38,693 bases of DNA. It comes from Polyangiaceae bacterium (GTDB lineage Bacteria; Myxococcota_A; Polyangia; Polyangiales; Polyangiaceae). This document shows, one piece after another, positions 35,370 through 38,693 of the stretch. The notes below the pieces were generated by a model. The model had not been told where the DNA came from and did no database searches. It saw nothing but the letters and a program-made list of their open reading frames with translations. The translations under genes were made by a program, and so were the position numbers. Where the stretch lies: the NCBI GenBank assembly GCA_025934595.1, contig JAICXU010000001.1, positions 1-38,693 on the forward strand. Direction: 5' to 3'. The number at the start of each line of letters is the position of its first letter. The first letter of the stretch is position 1.

Positions 35370-36393
35370 GATGATCGTTCCTTGTGGTTTGTTTTTTTCG
35401 AAACACGAGAGTTTGCCAAGGCAGATGCGCGTCCGGCCCTTCGGGCACGAACGGCGGTGAGAGAGGAGCTACGCCTTCGAGATCGACGCGAGCTTCCCGT
35501 GCGATTTTCGCGAGCGCGCGCGCGTCGAATCCGAGCCACACGTCGCCGGCGTCGCGCATTTTCTCGTCGTCGTGACGCTCGTAGTCGAGCACGACGATGC
35601 GACCGCCCGGCGCGAGGAGGCTCGCCATCGTCTTCACGAGCTCGGCGGGCTTGCTCGCGTGATGCAGCATGCGCACGGCGAAGATGACGTCGACGCCTTT
35701 GCCCGCGGCCTTCTTCGCCTCTTGTTTGACCTGCGGCGAATCGAGATCGCCCTCGATGATCTTCACGTTGCGATACCCGCGCATGGCGACACGCGCACGC
35801 GCACCTTGCAGCTGCGCGCCGGAGCGATCGACGGCGATGACTTTCGCGAACGCGGGTGCGAGCACATCGAGGAGACCGCCGTCGCCCGTGCCGGCGTCGA
35901 GCGCGACTTGATCGCGATACGGCGACACCGCGAAGAGATAGGCCGCGAGCTCCGCAGGCGGGGCCTTCAACGTCTCCGGATCGCGATCGCGCGGCGCATC
36001 GAAGTACGCGCGCGCGGCGAGATCACGCGCGGCCACGATCTCGGCAACGCGAGCGATGCTCCCGTCTTTCTCCGCGAGCATGCGCCCCTGCGCGAGCGCG
36101 TCTTGCACGACTGCGTCCTTTTCTGCTTCCTCGCGCAGGCGCAAAAACACACGCGTGCCTTCGCGACGCGCGACGACGAGGCCAGCATCGCGTAGCGGAG
36201 TCCACGCGCGCGACACGTTCGGCTGGCTCTCTCGCAAGAGATCGGCGAGCTCACCGACCGCGAGCTCTTCTTCCGCGACGAGCGCCAAGAGACGCAAGCG
36301 AAGCGGCTCGGCGAGCGTTCGATAGAGGTCCCATCGGTCGAGCGACGGAGCTTGCGCGCGACGGGAGGTCTCGGAATTGCCGTTTTGCAGCAT
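35362..36393 (-). CDS. ArsR-family HTH regulator fused to a class I SAM-dependent methyltransferase domain
   Basis: N-terminal [47 protein letters not shown] (ArsR wHTH). C-terminal [16 protein letters not shown]...VIAVDRS (SAM motif I). 8-nt overlap with the ahcY start. Confidence 0.8.
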   Translation of the reverse strand: MLQNGNSETSRRAQAPSLDRWDLYRTLAEPLRLRLLALVAEEELAVGELADLLRESQPNVSRAWTPLRDAGLVVARREGTRVFLRLREEAEKDAVVQDALAQGRMLAEKDGSIARVAEIVAARDLAARAYFDAPRDRDPETLKAPPAELAAYLFAVSPYRDQVALDAGTGDGGLLDVLAPAFAKVIAVDRSGAQLQGARARVAMRGYRNVKIIEGDLDSPQVKQEAKKAAGKGVDVIFAVRMLHHASKPAELVKTMASLLAPGGRIVVLDYERHDDEKMRDAGDVWLGFDARALAKIAREARVDLEGVAPLSPPFVPEGPDAHLPWQTLVFRKKQTTRNDHHG

Positions 36394-36401
36394 GTTTTAT
36401 G

Positions 36402-36430
36402 TATATATGCATATTTGCGTATGGATGCAA
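36402..36430 (-). promoter_or_regulatory. Sigma70-like promoter TTGCAT-17 nt-TATATA with overlapping palindrome ATATGCATAT; only 8 nt separate the -10 element from the ATG (leaderless-type)
   Basis: Minus strand reads TTGCAT ccatacgcaaatatgca TATATA cataaaac ATG. This is the most AT-rich patch in the window. The palindrome lies at 36405-36414. Confidence 0.45.
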
Positions 36431-36468
36431 GTCTAGCCAAGCCAAGCACGCCGCCCCATGCTCGATAG

Positions 36469-36870
36469 GTGCGAACGAAGTGGGCGGTCCTCTACGACGG
36501 CAATTGCCGAATTTGCACGGACGGCGCCGAAAAGCTGAAAAAGCTCGCCGGCGACAAAGTCGACCTCCGCAATTTTCAGGACCCCAAAAATCTCGAAGGC
36601 TTGCCCGAGATTCCTTACGCCGACTTGATGGACAAGATGCACGTGGTCTCGCCCGAGAACGGAAAACCGCCTCGCATCTACAAAGGAGCGGCGGCCATCG
36701 CGCGCGTCGCAGCGCTCACGCCCGTCGTCGGTCCCCTCGCCCTCCTCTATTACGTGCCGGGACTCAGGCAGCTCGCCGATTTGGGTTATTCGCAAATCGC
36801 AAAACGTCGCTATCGGCTGTCCGGCGGCGAATGCGAAAACGGCACATGTAAGCTGCACGCACATGAGTGA
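36469..36870 (+). CDS. Thiol-disulfide oxidoreductase DCC family (DUF393) protein
   Basis: GTG start. WAVLYDGNCRICTDG CxxC motif and a C-terminal hydrophobic segment, as in the DCC family. Confidence 0.7.
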   Translation: MRTKWAVLYDGNCRICTDGAEKLKKLAGDKVDLRNFQDPKNLEGLPEIPYADLMDKMHVVSPENGKPPRIYKGAAAIARVAALTPVVGPLALLYYVPGLRQLADLGYSQIAKRRYRLSGGECENGTCKLHAHE

Positions 36871-37846
36871 CGAGGCCGTGTCGATTTTGCAGATGCCGCA
36901 CAAGAAAGCGCGCGCGCTCGTGCAGTCGGGCGCGCCGATTTATTTGCCGGTGAACCCCGTCGAATATCACGGGCCGCATTTGTCGCTAAGAAACGACGGG
37001 CTGATTTCGTCGGGACTGATTCGCGACCTCGGCGCGCGTCTTCAGAAGAAACACGACTGGCCAATCCTCGTCGCGCCCGATCTCGAGATCGGCGTGGAGC
37101 CTTCGCCGGGCGTCGGCTCGCGTTGGACGCATCTGCCAGTCGCGCGCACGATCGTGAAAGAAGCCTGTCGCGCGCTCGCGGAGCTCGGCGCGAAGCGCGT
37201 CGTCTTGATGACGTTCCACGGCGCGCCGCTGCATGCGCTCGGGATCGAAGCGGGCGTGGCGCTCTTGCGCGATCACGGCGTGAAGGCGCTCGCGCCGTTC
37301 AACGCGATTTTACGCGAGCTTCTCGGCAACGCCGGCGCCGATCACGCGGCCGCGTTTCGACACGTCGACGACGCGCTGGAACGCGAACAGATGCAGTCGA
37401 ATCTGCATCGTGATTTCCACGCGGGATTTTTCGAGACGTGCGTGGCCCTGCATTGCGTGCCCGAATCGGTAGATGCAAAATACACGGAATTGCCGCCGTG
37501 CCCGCCGGTGACGCCGAACGCGAATTGGGCGCGAGCGGCACGCGCGGCGGAGCGCGCGGGACGACACGGGCTCGCCCAGGAGCTCGATCTGATTTCGTAT
37601 GCGATGGGATGGCACGCGCTCGATCCGTTCCCGGGCTACACGGGACGACCTCACCGCGCGACCCGAGCCGCGGGAGATTATTTCGCGAACGTGATCGTCG
37701 ACATCTACGAGAAGCTGGCGGAGAGCGTGCTCGTGGGCGACGCAAAGTCGCCGGAGCCGATCCTCGGGTGGACGGGCGCGTTCACGCTGTCGGGACGAAT
37801 CGTTCCGCCGCGCAAATCGGCGAAGTTCGCCGAGCGCCTCGCGTGA
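36863..37846 (+). CDS. Creatininase-family (creatinine amidohydrolase / MftE-like) metal-dependent hydrolase
   Basis: LPVNPVEYHGPHLSLRNDG, TFHGAPLHA and DFHAGFFETCV parallel the E-x-H-G-x-H-L, HGG and HAG..ETS family motifs. ATG overlaps the DCC gene end (ATGAGTGA). Confidence 0.65.
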   Translation: MSDEAVSILQMPHKKARALVQSGAPIYLPVNPVEYHGPHLSLRNDGLISSGLIRDLGARLQKKHDWPILVAPDLEIGVEPSPGVGSRWTHLPVARTIVKEACRALAELGAKRVVLMTFHGAPLHALGIEAGVALLRDHGVKALAPFNAILRELLGNAGADHAAAFRHVDDALEREQMQSNLHRDFHAGFFETCVALHCVPESVDAKYTELPPCPPVTPNANWARAARAAERAGRHGLAQELDLISYAMGWHALDPFPGYTGRPHRATRAAGDYFANVIVDIYEKLAESVLVGDAKSPEPILGWTGAFTLSGRIVPPRKSAKFAERLA

Positions 37847-37855
37847 GGAGCGCGG

Positions 37856-38467
37856 TCAATTCGAAAGATCCCGCGCGTCCGTGACGCACGCAAACGGCGA
37901 CTGGTAGTTGCAGCGGACGCTCACCGCGCGCGTCACCCCGCAGCGCTCGACCTCGTAGAACGAAGTGGCGTAGTCGGCGGACAACGGAACCTGCGGCGCG
38001 GTGCGTTCGTCGTAGCGACGAATCGTGATGCCGTCCTCGACGCAGCGTTCTCGGTCCCTGAGACAGCTTTTTTCACGCGGGCACCGAGGCGCGAGGTCGA
38101 TCACGACGGCGAGCTCGTGCGACACCTCGTTGCCGGTCCGCGCCTCGAACGGGAGCGGCCACTCGTGCGCCGCGCAAAAATAGCCTTCGCCGTGATCGCT
38201 GCAATCGAGAACGAACGACATCGCGTCCGTACACGTCTTCAATTCCCATCCGGACTCCTCGATCGCCGGCAGCGTGAGGATGACGTACGCGGGTCGATCC
38301 TTCAACGTGAGCTCGAAAACGCGACCTTCGCAGGACGTCGATCGCGCGTAAACGTACGGCGCCAAGAACGTCGTCTCGGCCTGCAAATGCGTGGGCCGCT
38401 CGCGAGGCGCGCCGCAGCCGAATAGCGCGACGGAAATCGTCGCGAGGGCGAGCGACCGGCCGATCAC
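37856..38467 (-). CDS. Cys-rich lipoprotein, function unknown
   Basis: GTG 38467 (or 38470) gives (V)VIGRSLALATISVALFGC (lipobox) and overlaps the stop of the upstream aldo/keto reductase (GTGA). At least 12 Cys in the mature part. The tracked start at 38650 is out-of-frame reductase sequence. Confidence 0.6.
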   Translation of the reverse strand: MIGRSLALATISVALFGCGAPRERPTHLQAETTFLAPYVYARSTSCEGRVFELTLKDRPAYVILTLPAIEESGWELKTCTDAMSFVLDCSDHGEGYFCAAHEWPLPFEARTGNEVSHELAVVIDLAPRCPREKSCLRDRERCVEDGITIRRYDERTAPQVPLSADYATSFYEVERCGVTRAVSVRCNYQSPFACVTDARDLSN

Positions 38468-38693
38468 CACGCTTGCTGGCGGCCGATGAACGAATACGGA
38501 TACGCCCAGTCGGGCGCCGACGCTTCGTCGAGCGCTTTCATGTCTTCGTCGGTGAGCTTCACGTCGAGCGCTTTCAAATTGTCGTCGAGCTGCGTCGTCG
38601 TGCGCGCGCCGAGGATCACGCTCGTCGTTTCCTTCTTCGCCATGAGCCACGCGATCGCGACCGCCGCGCGCGACGTCTCGCGGGGCTGCGCGA
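38464..38693 (-). CDS. Aldo/keto reductase, C-terminal fragment (5' end outside the window)
   Basis: Not in the ORF track. My manual translation of the minus strand gives ...AAVAIAWLMAKKETTSVILGARTTTQLDDNLKALDVKLTDEDMKALDEASAPDWAYPYSFIGRQQAW*, a typical AKR C-terminus. Confidence 0.7.
   Translation of the reverse strand, partial: AQPRETSRAAVAIAWLMAKKETTSVILGARTTTQLDDNLKALDVKLTDEDMKALDEASAPDWAYPYSFIGRQQAW

Noticed and set aside
1-38693. Looked for mobile elements, prophage, integrase or transposase genes, toxin-antitoxin pairs, restriction-modification or other defence cassettes, rRNA and tRNA genes
   Set aside because: No ORF shows the corresponding motifs (DDE, tyrosine recombinase R..H..R..Y, Cas, methylase DPPY/NPPY and so on). 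No long terminal inverted or direct repeats were seen by eye. The STAND ATPase lacks a nuclease or other effector, so I do not call it a defence gene.

Overview
High-GC (about two-thirds G+C by eye) chromosomal window. Frequent GTG/TTG starts, 4-nt ATGA/GTGA/TTGA gene overlaps and many lipobox or Cys-rich secreted proteins suggest a myxobacterium-like genome (inference only). I support about 40 protein-coding genes. I found no rRNA, tRNA, CRISPR array, transposase, integrase or phage gene.

Gene content:
- Housekeeping genes: scoAB; accD-folC-yajQ-glmM; ahcY.
- Signalling genes: a STAND ATPase-TPR protein, a GAF-GGDEF cyclase, and an OmpR-type two-component system.
- Two separate polyhydroxyalkanoate (PHA) loci.

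Most interesting region: the same-strand block 19164-28444. It runs MFS transporter, lipoprotein A, alpha/beta hydrolase, outer-membrane beta-barrel, paralogous lipoprotein B, PhaR/PhaE-like subunit, acyl-CoA synthetase, second class III/IV-type PhaC, DUF4126 membrane protein. No intergenic gap exceeds 38 nt. This architecture does not match the classical pha operons I know. I propose it as a candidate envelope capture, activation and PHA storage system (hypothesis).

Other observations:
- The PhaC in the canonical phaR-phasin-phaC-SDR locus has Asp where the catalytic His of the GGH(I/V)G motif should be.
- Three related TGC-N3-GCA palindromes (PhaR-box-like) flank readable promoters.
- Phased 11-bp direct repeats lie upstream of a membrane-protein/metallophosphoesterase operon next to the two-component system.
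- A (CTAGGT)n hexamer repeat encodes (Leu-Gly)n signal-peptide cores.
- An unlisted 51-aa transmembrane ORF sits between two ATGA overlaps.
- An AT-rich palindromic, apparently leaderless promoter precedes an ArsR-methyltransferase/ahcY pair.

All functional calls come from motif recognition by eye. No database search was run.
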